A stretch of DNA of 64,000 nucleotides from Camelus dromedarius. Taxonomy: Eukaryota. Shown in pieces: positions 11,401 through 24,300 of the stretch. Position 1 is the first letter of the stretch; each line of letters starts with the position of its first letter. The DNA is taken from positions 1,984,001 to 2,048,000 of the forward strand of contig NC_087437.1 in the NCBI RefSeq assembly GCF_036321535.1, given 5' to 3'. The notes under the pieces are model-generated. The model had not been told where the DNA came from. It saw only the letters and a program-made list of their open reading frames with translations, and did not search any database. The translations under genes and the position numbers were made by a program.

Positions 11401-12121
11401 CTCTGCTGCTTCAGGGTGGGAATTGGCATCCCTCCAGCTGGGCCTAATAAAGGGAGGCTTCCTCCATTAGAGAGAGAGACAAAAAATAGACAGACAGACA
11501 CACTAGCCTCTTCCTCCATTTAGAAACACCCATATGTCTTAACCTTCTCCTCCTAATCCATTATATAGGTAGACAGATACATACATAGACAGACAGACAG
11601 ACAGACACACACACACACACACACAAACCCAAGCCCACACACAACCTTCCCTCCTACCAGTCCTCAATTAAGTAGGTAGAGAGACACACTAATCGCCTTC
11701 TCCATTAGATAATAAACAGACAAACGGTATAGACTATTTCTACTCCTCATTTAGATAGATGGAATGTGAGACTGACGCATTCACACACTAGCCTCTACCT
11801 TCTCCTGTTAGAGAGACAGACAGATAGCCAGACACATGAAATCCTCCATCTTCTCCATTAGATATACGTAGAGAAATCTCTAAGATGCACAGAGAGACAA
11901 ACACTAGTCTTCTCCTCCTCTGACAGACCGAGGGATAGATAATCAAGCCTCCTCATTCTTTTCCATTAGGTATAGTTACATACATACATATCTGATAACA
12001 GACAGCCAGACAGACATACTAGCCTACTCTTCCTCCTTCAGATACATACATAGACTGATAGACAGATACAGTAGGCTCCTCCCCCTTTAGATACAGATAC
12101 ATAGATAGACATCCCCACGAG

Positions 12122-12155
<34 letters not shown>

Positions 12156-12430
12156 AGCCTTCTCCTCTTCCTCAAAGAGCTAGATAGTTATATAGACACA
12201 CTAAAATTCTACTCCAACAGACAGAATTATAAATGACACACTATCTTACTGCTATGCCTCCCCACATAGATAGATAGCTAGCCAGATCGATAGAGAGGCA
12301 GGCAAATAGAGAGTCATACTAGTCGCCTCCTCCTCCGTTGGAGAGACAGACAGACACACACATAGTCTAGCTTCAACCATCCTCCAATAGATAGTCATTC
12401 AGGCAAGCAGTCAAACAGACAGACACACTA

Positions 12431-13310
12431 GAGGCGGGGTGCCGTCTGGCTACGTGGTTCGGCGGCGGGGCCCGGGGAAGAGGGTGCCCCTGGTGAACCA
12501 GAGGATTTTCTCCCATGTCCCTAGCTGCCTTGCCTCTGGGCGGCCTCCGCTAACCCAAGTTCGCCGGACGCAAGCCTTTGAAGTCAGCCTGCTCCTGGGA
12601 GCCGGCGAGGTAAGGACAGGGGAAGTGGTCAGCGGCAGACACGGAGGCGGCCCAGAACGCAAGAGGGATGCCTCGGCGAGTCGGTCATTTTCCTACCATC
12701 CCCCCTCTCCTGGCCTCGGGGCGGCCTCTGCTACCGCAGGTGTGCGGCAATTAATTCTCCTTGTCAGCCAGGTCCTGGGAGTCTGTCCAGGTGAGCCCAA
12801 GGGACACGGACGTCGCGGGGAGCGGACTGCCTCGGGTTAGCCGATCAGTTTGCTCCCATCCCCTCAAGCGCCTGGCCTGGGGGCGGCCTGTCCTGCGCCA
12901 GGTTCAGAGTATGCACGTTTCCAGCTCAGCCAGCCCACCCGAGGCCGGCGCGCTGTGATCAGGGTCTGCAATGAGAAGTCGGGGCTGACTCACCGAGCCC
13001 GTGTATTTGTTCAGATCTCCCTCTTGGCTGGTCCTGGGCTAGGCCTCTACTACCCTAGGTCCACGAGGTGCTCATCTCTGTGTTTTTCAGCTCCGGGGAA
13101 GCGAGTGCGGGGTGGTCAGGGGGCGGGGGGGGGGGTTGGCGTTGGCGCCTACACAGAGGGAGGAAGAGGGATGCACGGGCTGTCCAGGGAAGCCTGTGGA
13201 TTTCCATCCAGTGTCCCCCTCGGCGTGCAATGATGGCACCCTCTGCTGCTTCAGGGTGACAATTGGCATCCCTCCAGCTGGGCCTAATAAAGGGAGGCTT
13301 CCTCCATTAG
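12431..13310. repeat. Chimeric G1/G2 block marking the dimer-to-trimer junction
   Basis: The sequence is G1-type up to ...TCAGCTCCGGGGAAGCGAGTGCGGGGTGGTCAGGGGGCGGGG, then G2c-type (...TGGCGTTGGCGCCTACACAGAGGGAGGAAGAGG...CCTAATAAAGGGAGG). Confidence 0.92.
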
Positions 13311-15806
13311 ACAGACAGAGAGACATATAAAGAGACAGACAGACACACTAGCCTCTTCATCCATTGAGAAACAGCCGTATATCCTAACCTCCTCCTCCTC
13401 ATTCATTATATAGGTAGGCAGATACATATATAGACAGACACACACACACACATACACACACTAGCCTCTTCCTACTCCTCAATTATGTAGGTAGAGAGAC
13501 ACACTAATCTCCTCCTCCATTAGATAATACATAGACAAACTTAATACATTTTTCTCCTCCTCCATTAGATAGATGGAAAGTGAGATTGACCGATACACCC
13601 AGTAGCCGCTACCTTCTCCTGTTAGAGATACCGAGAGATAGCCAGACACATGGGATTATTTCTTCTTCTCCATTTGATATAGATAGAGACACACTCACAG
13701 ACACACAGACAGACAGACACACTACTCTTCTCCTGCTCTGACAGACAGAGAGATAGACACTCTAGCCTCCTCCTTCTTCTCGAATACATACAGCTGCATA
13801 GATAGATATCTCCTATATAGACAGACAGACTTACTAGCTTACTCCTCGTCCATTCGATGCACACATAGACTGTTAGACAGACACAGTAGCCTCTTCCCCT
13901 CTTTGTTACACATACTTTGATAAAGAGACCCGCACGCACACACACACACACATACACACAGGCTAGCATCCTCCTCTTCCTCAAGTAGGTAGATAGGGAG
14001 ATAGAAACACTAAATTCCTGCTCCGACAGACACACAAATAAAAAGACACACTTGCCTACTGCTGTGCCTGAACTACATAGGTCGATTTTTACACAGATTG
14101 ATAGATACACAGATAGATAGAGAGATAGATAGGTAGAGAGGCAGGCAAATGGAGAGACATAATTTTCGCCTCCTCCTCCAGTAGATATATAGACAGACAC
14201 ACACATAGTCTAGCCTCTCGCATCCTCCAATAGATAGACAATCAGCCAGGCAGTCAGACAGACTGACACACGTGAGGCGCTGTGCAGTTTGGGGTTGGGT
14301 TTCAGCGGCGTCCACCGGGGACAGTTGTGCCCCTGGCGAGTCATAGGATTTTATCCCATGTCCCTAGCTGCCTTGCCTGCGGGCGGCCCCCGCTCCCCCA
14401 AATTCGACGAACTGAAGCTTTCAAGTTAGCCTGCTCGTGGCAGCAGGCGTTGTAAGGAAAGTGGAAGAGGTCAGCGGCAGCTCCGGAAGCGGCAGAGCAT
14501 CTAAGGGGGATGCCTTGGCGAATCGGTCATTTTCCTCCCATTTCCCCCTCTCCTGGCCTCGGGGCAGCCTCTGCTACCGCAGGAGTGCGGGATTTCGTTG
14601 TCCTTCTCAGCCAGGTCCTAGGAAGCTGTCGAGGTGTGCTCAGGGAACAGGGATTTTACTTCTAGAGGACTGCCTCGGGTGAGCCGATCAGTTTGCTCCC
14701 ATCTCCAAAAGCGCCTGGCCTGGGGGCGGCCTCTCCTTCCCCAGGTTCCCAGTATGCATGTTTCCAGCTCAGCCTGTGCCCTTAGGCAGGCGCGGTGTTC
14801 TTAGGGGCTGCATTGAGGAGGCGGGGCTGCTCCACCGAGCCCGTGTATTTGCACAGATCTCCCCGTTGACCGGTCCTAGGGTTGGTCTCTGCTACCCTAG
14901 TTACACGATGTACACATCTCGGTGTTTTCCGGCTCCCGGGAGGCAAGTGCGGGGTGGTCAGGGGGCGGGGTGGGGGGTTGGAGTGGCGGTGGCGCCTACA
15001 CAGAGGGAAGAAGAGGGATGCACGGGCTGTCCAGGGAAGCCTGTGGATTTCCATCCAGTGTCCCCCTCGGCGTGCAATAAGGGCGCCCTCTGCTGCTTCA
15101 GGGTGGGATTTGGCAACCCTCCAGCTGGGCCTAATAAAGGGAGGCTTCCTCCATTAGAGAGAGAGACATAAAATAGACAGACAGACACACTAGCCTCTTC
15201 CTCCATTTAGAAACACCCATATGTCTTAACCTTCTCCTCCTAATCCATTATATAGGTAGACAGATACATACATAGACAGACAGACAGACAGACACACACA
15301 CACACACAAACCCAAACCCACACACAACCTTCCCTCCTACCAGTCCTCAATTAAGTAGGTAGAGAGACACACTAATCGCCTTCTCCATTAGATAATAAAC
15401 AGACAAACGGTATAGACTATTTCTACTCCTCATTTAGATAGATGGAATGTGAGACTGACGCATTCACACACTAGCCTCTACCTTCTCCTGTTAGAGAGAC
15501 AGACAGATAGCCAGACTCATGAAATCCTCCATCTTCTCCATTAGATATACATAGAGAAATCTCTAAGATGCACAGTGAGACAAACACTAGTCTTCTCCTC
15601 CTCTGACAGGCCGAGGGATAGATAATCAAGCCTCCTCATTCTTTTCCATTAGGTATAGTTACATACATACATATCTGATAATAGACAGCCAGACAGACAT
15701 ACTAGCCTACTCTTCCTCCATCAGATACATACATAGACTGATAGACAGATACAGTAGGCTCCTCCCCCTTTAGATACAGATACATAGATAGACATCCCCA
15801 CGAGCC

Positions 15807-15847
<41 letters not shown>

Positions 15848-18800
15848 GCCTTCTCCTCTTCCTCAAAGAGCTAGATAGTTATATAGACACACTAAAATTC
15901 TACTCCAACAGACAGAATTTTAAATGACACACTATCTTACTGCTATGCCTCCCCACATAGATAGATAGCTAGCCAGATCGATAGAGAGGCAGGCAAATAG
16001 AGAGTCATACTAGTCGCCTCCTCCTCCGTTGGAGAGACAGACAGACACACACATAGTCTAGCTTCAACCATCCTCCAATAGATAGTCATTCAGGCAAGCA
16101 GTCAAACAGACAGACACACCAGAGGCGGGGTGCCGTCTGCCTACCTGGTTCGGCGGCGGGGCCCGGGGAAGAGGGTGCCCCTGGTGAACCAGAGGATTTT
16201 CTCCCATGTCCCTAGCTGCCTTGCCTCTGGGCGGCCTCCGCTAACCCAAGTTCGCCGGACGCAAGCCTTTGAAGTCAGCCTGCTCCTGGGAGCCGGCGAG
16301 GTAAGGACAGGGGAAGTGGTCAGCGGCAGACACGGAGGCGGCCCAGAACGCAAGAGGGATGCCTCGGCGAGTCGGTCATTTTCCTACCATCCCCCCTCTC
16401 CTGGCCTCGGGGCGGCCTCTGCTACCGCAGGTGTGCGGCAATTAATTCTCCTTGTCAGCCAGGTCCTGGGAGTCTGTCCAGGTGAGCCCAAGGGACACGG
16501 ACGTCGCGGGGAGCGGACTGCCTCGGGTTAGCCGATCAGTTTGCTCCCATCCCCACAAGCGCCTGGCCTGGGGGCGGCCTGTCCTGCGCCAGGTTCAGAG
16601 TATGCACGTTTCCAGCTCAGCCAGCCCACCCGAGGCCGGCGCGCTGTGATCAGGGTCTGCAATGAGAAGTCGGGGCTGACTCACCGAGCCCGTGTATTTG
16701 TTCAGATCTCCCTCTTGGCTGGTCCTGGGCTAGGCCTCTACTACCCTAGGTCCACGAGGTGCTCATCTCTGTGTTTTTCAGCTCCGGGGAAGCCAGTGCG
16801 GGGTGGTCAGGGGGCGGGGAGGGGGCGGGGCGGGGGCGGGGCGGGGGCAGCTACAGAGAGGGCTGAAGCGGGATGCACGGGCTGCCCAGGCAAGCCTGCG
16901 GAATTCCATCCAGTGTCCCCCTCGGCCTGCAATGCGGGCGCCCTCTGCTGCTTCAGGGTGGCAATTGGCATCCCTCCAGGTGGGTCGAGTACTGGGAGGC
17001 TTCCTCCTTTAGACAGACAGAGAGACAAATAAAGAGACAGACAGACACACTAGCCTCTTCATCCATTGAGAAACAGCCGTATATCCTAACCTCCTCCTCC
17101 TCATTCATTATATAGGTAGACAGATACATATATAGACAGACACACACACACACATACACACACTAGCCTCTTCCTACTCCTCAATTAAGTAGGTAGAGAG
17201 ACACACTAATCTCCTCCTCCTTTAGATAATACATAGACAAACTTAATACATTTTTCTCCTCCTCCATTAGATAGATGGAAAGTGAGATTGACCGATACAC
17301 CCAGTAGCCGCTACCTTCTCCTGTTAGAGATACCGAGAGATAGCCAGACACATGGGATTATTTCTTCTTCTCCATTTGATATAGATAGAGACACACTCAC
17401 AGACACACAGACAGACAGACACACTACTCTTCTCCTGCTCTGACAGACAGAGAGATAGACACTCTAGCCTCCTCCTTCTTCTCGAATACATACAGCTGCA
17501 TAGATAGATATCTCCTATATAGACAGACAGACTTACTAGCTTACTCCTCGTCCATTCGATGCACACATAGACTGTTAGACAGACACAGTAGCCTCTTCCC
17601 CTCTTTGTTACACATACTTTGATAAAGAGACCCGCACGCACACACACACACACATACACACAGGCTAGCATCCTCCTCTTCCTCAAGTAGGTAGATAGGG
17701 AGATAGAAACACTAAATTCCTGCTCCGACAGACACACAAATAAAAAGACACACTTGCCTACTGCTGTGCCTGAACTACATAGGTCGATTTTTACACAGAT
17801 TGATAGATACACAGATAGATAGAGAGATAGATAGGTAGAGAGGCAGGCAAATGGAGAGACATAATTTTCGCCTCCTCCTCCAGTAGATATATAGACAGAC
17901 ACACACATAGTCTAGCCTCTCGCATCCTCCAATAGATAGACAATCAGCCAGGCAGTCAGACAGACTGACACACGTGAGGCGCTGTGCAGTTTGGGGTTGG
18001 GTTTCAGCGGCGTCCACCGTGGACAGTTGTGCCCCTGGCGAGTCATAGGATTTTATCCCATGTCCCTAGCTGCCTTGCCTGCGGGCGGCCCCCGCTCCCC
18101 CAAATTCGACGGACTGAAGCTTTCAAGTTAGCCTGCTCGTGGCAGCAGGCGTTGTAAGGAAAGTGGAAGAGGTGAGCGGCAGCTCCGGAAGCGGCAGAGC
18201 ATCTAAGGGGGATGCCTCGGCGAATCGGTCATTTTCCTCCCATTTCCCCCTCTCCTGGCCTCGGGGCAGCCTCTGCTACCCCAGGAGTGCGGGATTTCGT
18301 TGTCCTTGTCAGCCAGGTCCTAGGAAGCTGTCGAGGTGTGCTCAGGGAACAGGGATGTCGCTTCTAGAGGACTGCCTCGGGTGAGCCGATCAGTTTGCTC
18401 CCATCTCCACAAGCGCCTGGCCTGGGGGCGGCCTCTCCTTCCCCAGGTTCCCAGTATGCATGTTTCCAGCTCAGCCTGTGCCCTTAGGCAGGCGCGGTGT
18501 TCTTAGGGGCTGCATTGAGGAGGCGGGGCTGCTCCACCGAGCCCGTGTATTTGCACAGATCTCCCCGTTGACCGGTCCTAGGGTTGGTCTCTGCTACCCT
18601 AGGTACACGATGTACACATCTCGTTGTTTTCCGGCCCCCGGGAGGCAAGTGCGGGGTGGTCAGGGGGCGGGGGGGGGGGTGGCGTTGGCGCCTACACAGA
18701 GGGAGGAAGAGGGATGCACGGGCTGTCCAGGGAAGCCTGTGGATTTCCATCCAGTGTCCCCCTCGGCGTGCAATGATGGCACCCTCTGCTGCTTCAGGGT

Positions 18801-21345
18801 GACAATTGGCATCCCTCCAGCTGGGCCTAATAAAGGGAGGCTTCCTCCATTAGACAGACAGAGAGACATATAAAGAGACAGACACACTAGCCTCTTCATC
18901 CATTGAGAAACAGCCGTATATCCTAACCTCCTCCTCCTCATTCATTATATAGGTAGGCAGATACATATATAGACAGACACACACACACACATACACACAC
19001 TAGCCTCTTCCTACTCCTCAATTATGTAGGTAGAGAGACACACTAATCTCCTCCTCCATTAGATAATACATAGACAAACTTAATACATTTTTCTCCTCCT
19101 CCATTAGATAGATGGAAAGTGAGATTGACCGATACACCCAGTAGCCGCTACCTTCTCCTGTTAGAGATACCGAGAGATAGCCAGACACATGGGATTATTT
19201 CTTCTTCTCCATTTGATATAGATAGAGACACACTCACAGACACACAGACAGACAGACACACTACTCTTCTCCTGCTCTGACAGACAGAGAGATAGACACT
19301 CTAGCCTCCTCCTTCTTCTCGAATACATACAGCTGCATAGATAGATATCTCCTATATAGACAGACAGACTTACTAGCTTACTCCTCGTCCATTCGATGCA
19401 CACATAGACTGTTAGACAGACACAGTAGCCTCTTCCCCTCTTTGTTACACATACTTTGATAAAGAGACCCGCACGCACACACACACACACATACACACAG
19501 GCTAGCATCCTCCTCTTCCTCAAGTAGGTAGATAGGGAGATAGAAACACTAAATTCCTGCTCCGACAGACACACAAATAAAAAGACACACTTGCCTACTG
19601 CTGTGCCTGAACTACATAGGTCGATTTTTACACAGATTGATAGATACACAGATAGATAGAGAGATAGATAGGTAGAGAGGCAGGCAAATGGAGAGACATA
19701 ATTTTCGCCTCCTCCTCCAGTAGATATATAGACAGACACACACATAGTCTAGCCTCTCGCATCCTCCAATAGATAGACAATCAGCCAGGCAGTCAGACAG
19801 ACTGACACACGTGAGGCGCTGTGCAGTTTGGGGTTGGGTTTCAGCGGCGTCCACCGGGGACAGTTGTGCCCCTGGCGAGTCATAGGATTTTATCCCATGT
19901 CCCTAGCTGCCTTGCCTGCGGGCGGCCCCCGCTCCCCCAAATTCGACGAACTGAAGCTTTCAAGTTAGCCTGCTCGTGGCAGCAGGCGTTGTAAGGAAAG
20001 TGGAAGAGGTCAGCGGCAGCTCCGGAAGCGGCAGAGCATCTAAGGGGGATGCCTTGGCGAATCGGTCATTTTCCTCCCATTTCCCCCTCTCCTGGCCTCG
20101 GGGCAGCCTCTGCTACCGCAGGAGTGCGGGATTTCGTTGTCCTTCTCAGCCAGGTCCTAGGAAGCTGTCGAGGTGTGCTCAGGGAACAGGGATTTTACTT
20201 CTAGAGGACTGCCTCGGGTGAGCCGATCAGTTTGCTCCCATCTCCAAAAGCGCCTGGCCTGGGGGCGGCCTCTCCTTCCCCAGGTTCCCAGTATGCATGT
20301 TTCCAGCTCAGCCTGTGCCCTTAGGCAGGCGCGGTGTTCTTAGGGGCTGCATTGAGGAGGCGGGGCTGCTCCACCGAGCCCGTGTATTTGCACAGATCTC
20401 CCCGTTGACCGGTCCTAGGGTTGGTCTCTGCTACCCTAGTTACACGATGTACACATCTCGGTGTTTTCCGGCTCCCGGGAGGCAAGTGCGGGGTGGTCAG
20501 GGGGCGGGGTGGGGGGTTGGAGTGGCGGTGGCGCCTACACAGAGGGAAGAAGAGGGATGCACGGGCTGTCCAGGGAAGCCTGTGGATTTCCATCCAGTGT
20601 CCCCCTCGGCGTGCAATAAGGGCGCCCTCTGCTGCTTCAGGGTGGGATTTGGCAACCCTCCAGCTGGGCCTAATAAAGGGAGGCTTCCTCCATTAGAGAG
20701 AGAGACATAAAATAGACAGACAGACACACTAGCCTCTTCCTCCATTTAGAAACACCCATATGTCTTAACCTTCTCCTCCTAATCCATTATATAGGTAGAC
20801 AGATACATACATAGACAGACAGACAGACAGACACACACACACACACAAACCCAAACCCACACACAACCTTCCCTCCTACCAGTCCTCAATTAAGTAGGTA
20901 GAGAGACACACTAATCGCCTTCTCCATTAGATAATAAACAGACAAACGGTATAGACTATTTCTACTCCTCATTTAGATAGATGGAATGTGAGACTGACGC
21001 ATTCACACACTAGCCTCTACCTTCTCCTGTTAGAGAGACAGACAGATAGCCAGACTCATGAAATCCTCCATCTTCTCCATTAGATATACATAGAGAAATC
21101 TCTAAGATGCACAGTGAGACAAACACTAGTCTTCTCCTCCTCTGACAGGCCGAGGGATAGATAATCAAGCCTCCTCATTCTTTTCCATTAGGTATAGTTA
21201 CATACATACATATCTGATAATAGACAGCCAGACAGACATACTAGCCTACTCTTCCTCCATCAGATACATACATAGACTGATAGACAGATACAGTAGGCTC
21301 CTCCCCCTTTAGATACAGATACATAGATAGACATCCCCACGAGCC

Positions 21346-21386
<41 letters not shown>

Positions 21387-24300
21387 GCCTTCTCCTCTTC
21401 CTCAAAGAGCTAGATAGTTATATAGACACACTAAAATTCTACTCCAACAGACAGAATTTTAAATGACACACTATCTTACTGCTATGCCTCCCCACATAGA
21501 TAGATAGCTAGCCAGATCGATAGAGAGGCAGGCAAATAGAGAGTCATACTAGTCGCCTCCTCCTCCGTTGGAGAGACGGACAGACACACACATAGTCTAG
21601 CTTCAACCATCCTCCAATAGATAGTCATTCAGGCAAGCAGTCAAACAGACAGACACACCAGAGGCGGGGTGCCGTCTGCCTACCTGGTTCGGCGGCGGGG
21701 CCCGGGGAAGAGGGTGCCCCTGGTGAACCAGAGGATTTTCTCCCATGTCCCTAGCTGCCTTGCCTCTGGGCGGCCTCCGCTAACCCAAGTTCGCCGGACG
21801 CAAGCCTTTGAAGTCAGCCTGCTCCTGGGAGCCGGCGAGGTAAGGACAGGGGAAGTGGTCAGCGGCAGACACGGAGGCGGCCCAGAACGCAAGAGGGATG
21901 CCTCGGCGAGTCGGTCATTTTCCTACCATCCCCCCTCTCCTGGCCTCGGGGCGGCCTCTGCTACCGCAGGTGTGCGGCAATTAATTCTCCTTGTCAGCCA
22001 GGTCCTGGGAGTCTGTCCAGGTGAGCCCAAGGGACACGGACGTCGCGGGGAGCGGACTGCCTCGGGTTAGCCGATCAGTTTGCTCCCATCCCCACAAGCG
22101 CCTGGCCTGGGGGCGGCCTGTCCTGCGCCAGGTTCAGAGTATGCACGTTTCCAGCTCAGCCAGCCCACCCGAGGCCGGCGCGCTGTGATCAGGGTCTGCA
22201 ATGAGAAGTCGGGGCTGACTCACCGAGCCCGTGTATTTGTTCAGATCTCCCTCTTGGCTGGTCCTGGGCTAGGCCTCTACTACCCTAGGTCCACGAGGTG
22301 CTCATCTCTGTGTTTTTCAGCTCCGGGGAAGCCAGTGCGGGGTGGTCAGGGGGCGGGGAGGGGGCGGGGCGGGGGCGGGGCGGGGGCAGCTACAGAGAGG
22401 GCTGAAGCGGGATGCACGGGCTGCCCAGGCAAGCCTGCGGAATTCCATCCAGTGTCCCCCTCGGCCTGCAATGCGGGCGCCCTCTGCTGCTTCAGGGTGG
22501 CAATTGGCATCCCTCCAGGTGGGTCGAGTACTGGGAGGCTTCCTCCTTTAGACAGACAGAGAGACAAATAAAGAGACAGACAGACACACTAGCCTCTTCA
22601 TCCATTGAGAAACAGCCGTATATCCTAACCTCCTCCTCCTCATTCATTATATAGGTAGACAGATACATATATAGACAGACACACACACACACATACACAC
22701 ACTAGCCTCTTCCTACTCCTCAATTAAGTAGGTAGAGAGACACACTAATCTCCTCCTCCTTTAGATAATACATAGACAAACTTAATACATTTTTCTCCTC
22801 CTCCATTAGATAGATGGAAAGTGAGATTGACCGATACACCCAGTAGCCGCTACCTTCTCCTGTTAGAGATACCGAGAGATAGCCAGACACATGGGATTAT
22901 TTCTTCTTCTCCATTTGATATAGATAGAGACACACTCACAGACACACAGACAGACAGACACACTACTCTTCTCCTGCTCTGACAGACAGAGAGATAGACA
23001 CTCTAGCCTCCTCCTTCTTCTCGAATACATACAGCTGCATAGATAGATATCTCCTATATAGACAGACAGACTTACTAGCTTACTCCTCGTCCATTCGATG
23101 CACACATAGACTGTTAGACAGACACAGTAGCCTCTTCCCCTCTTTGTTACACATACTTTGATAAAGAGACCCGCACGCACACACACACACACATACACAC
23201 AGGCTAGCATCCTCCTCTTCCTCAAGTAGGTAGATAGGGAGATAGAAACACTAAATTCCTGCTCCGACAGACACACAAATAAAAAGACACACTTGCCTAC
23301 TGCTGTGCCTGAACTACATAGGTCGATTTTTACACAGATTGATAGATACACAGATAGATAGAGAGATAGATAGGTAGAGAGGCAGGCAAATGGAGAGACA
23401 TAATTTTCGCCTCCTCATCCAGTAGATATATAGACAGACACACACATAGTCTAGCCTCTCGCATCCTCCAATAGATAGACAATCAGCCAGGCAGTCAGAC
23501 AGACTGACACACGTGAGGCGCTGTGCAGTTTGGGGTTGGGTTTCAGCGGCGTCCACCGTGGACAGTTGTGCCCCTGGCGAGTCATAGGATTTTATCCCAT
23601 GTCCCTAGCTGCCTTGCCTGCGGGCGGCCCCCGCTCCCCCAAATTCGACGGACTGAAGCTTTCAAGTTAGCCTGCTCGTGGCAGCAGGCGTTGTAAGGAA
23701 AGTGGAAGAGGTGAGCGGCAGCTCCGGAAGCGGCAGAGCATCTAAGGGGGATGCCTCGGCGAATCGGTCATTTTCCTCCCATTTCCCCCTCTCCTGGCCT
23801 CGGGGCAGCCTCTGCTACCCCAGGAGTGCGGGATTTCGTTGTCCTTGTCAGCCAGGTCCTAGGAAGCTGTCGAGGTGTGCTCAGGGAACAGGGATGTCGC
23901 TTCTAGAGGACTGCCTCGGGTGAGCCGATCAGTTTGCTCCCATCTCCACAAGCGCCTGGCCTGGGGGCGGCCTCTCCTTCCCCAGGTTCCCAGTATGCAT
24001 GTTTCCAGCTCAGCCTGTGCCCTTAGGCAGGCGCGGTGTTCTTAGGGGCTGCATTGAGGAGGCGGGGCTGCTCCACCGAGCCCGTGTATTTGCACAGATC
24101 TCCCCGTTGACCGGTCCTAGGGTTGGTCTCTGCTACCCTAGGTACACGATGTACACATCTCGTTGTTTTCCGGCCCCCGGGAGGCAAGTGCGGGGTGGTC
24201 AGGGGGCGGGGGGGGGGGTGGCGTTGGCGCCTACACAGAGGGAGGAAGAGGGATGCACGGGCTGTCCAGGGAAGCCTGTGGATTTCCATCCAGTGTCCCC

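Larger units (their letters stand above)
1..13128. repeat. Dimeric higher-order repeat domain, 3,702-bp unit (G1-S2-G2-S1), ~3.5 copies
   Basis: The G1 marker ORF recurs at 1329, 5031, 8733 and 12439 (spacings 3702, 3702, 3706). The extra 4 bp is one more GACA near 10020. Copies are nearly identical. Confidence 0.96.

Noticed and set aside
13622..14206. Longest ORF (194 aa, minus strand, Cys/Val-rich, superficially membrane-like)
   Set aside because: It is the translation of TG/TCTG/TCTA microsatellites and is broken in dimer-domain and other copies.
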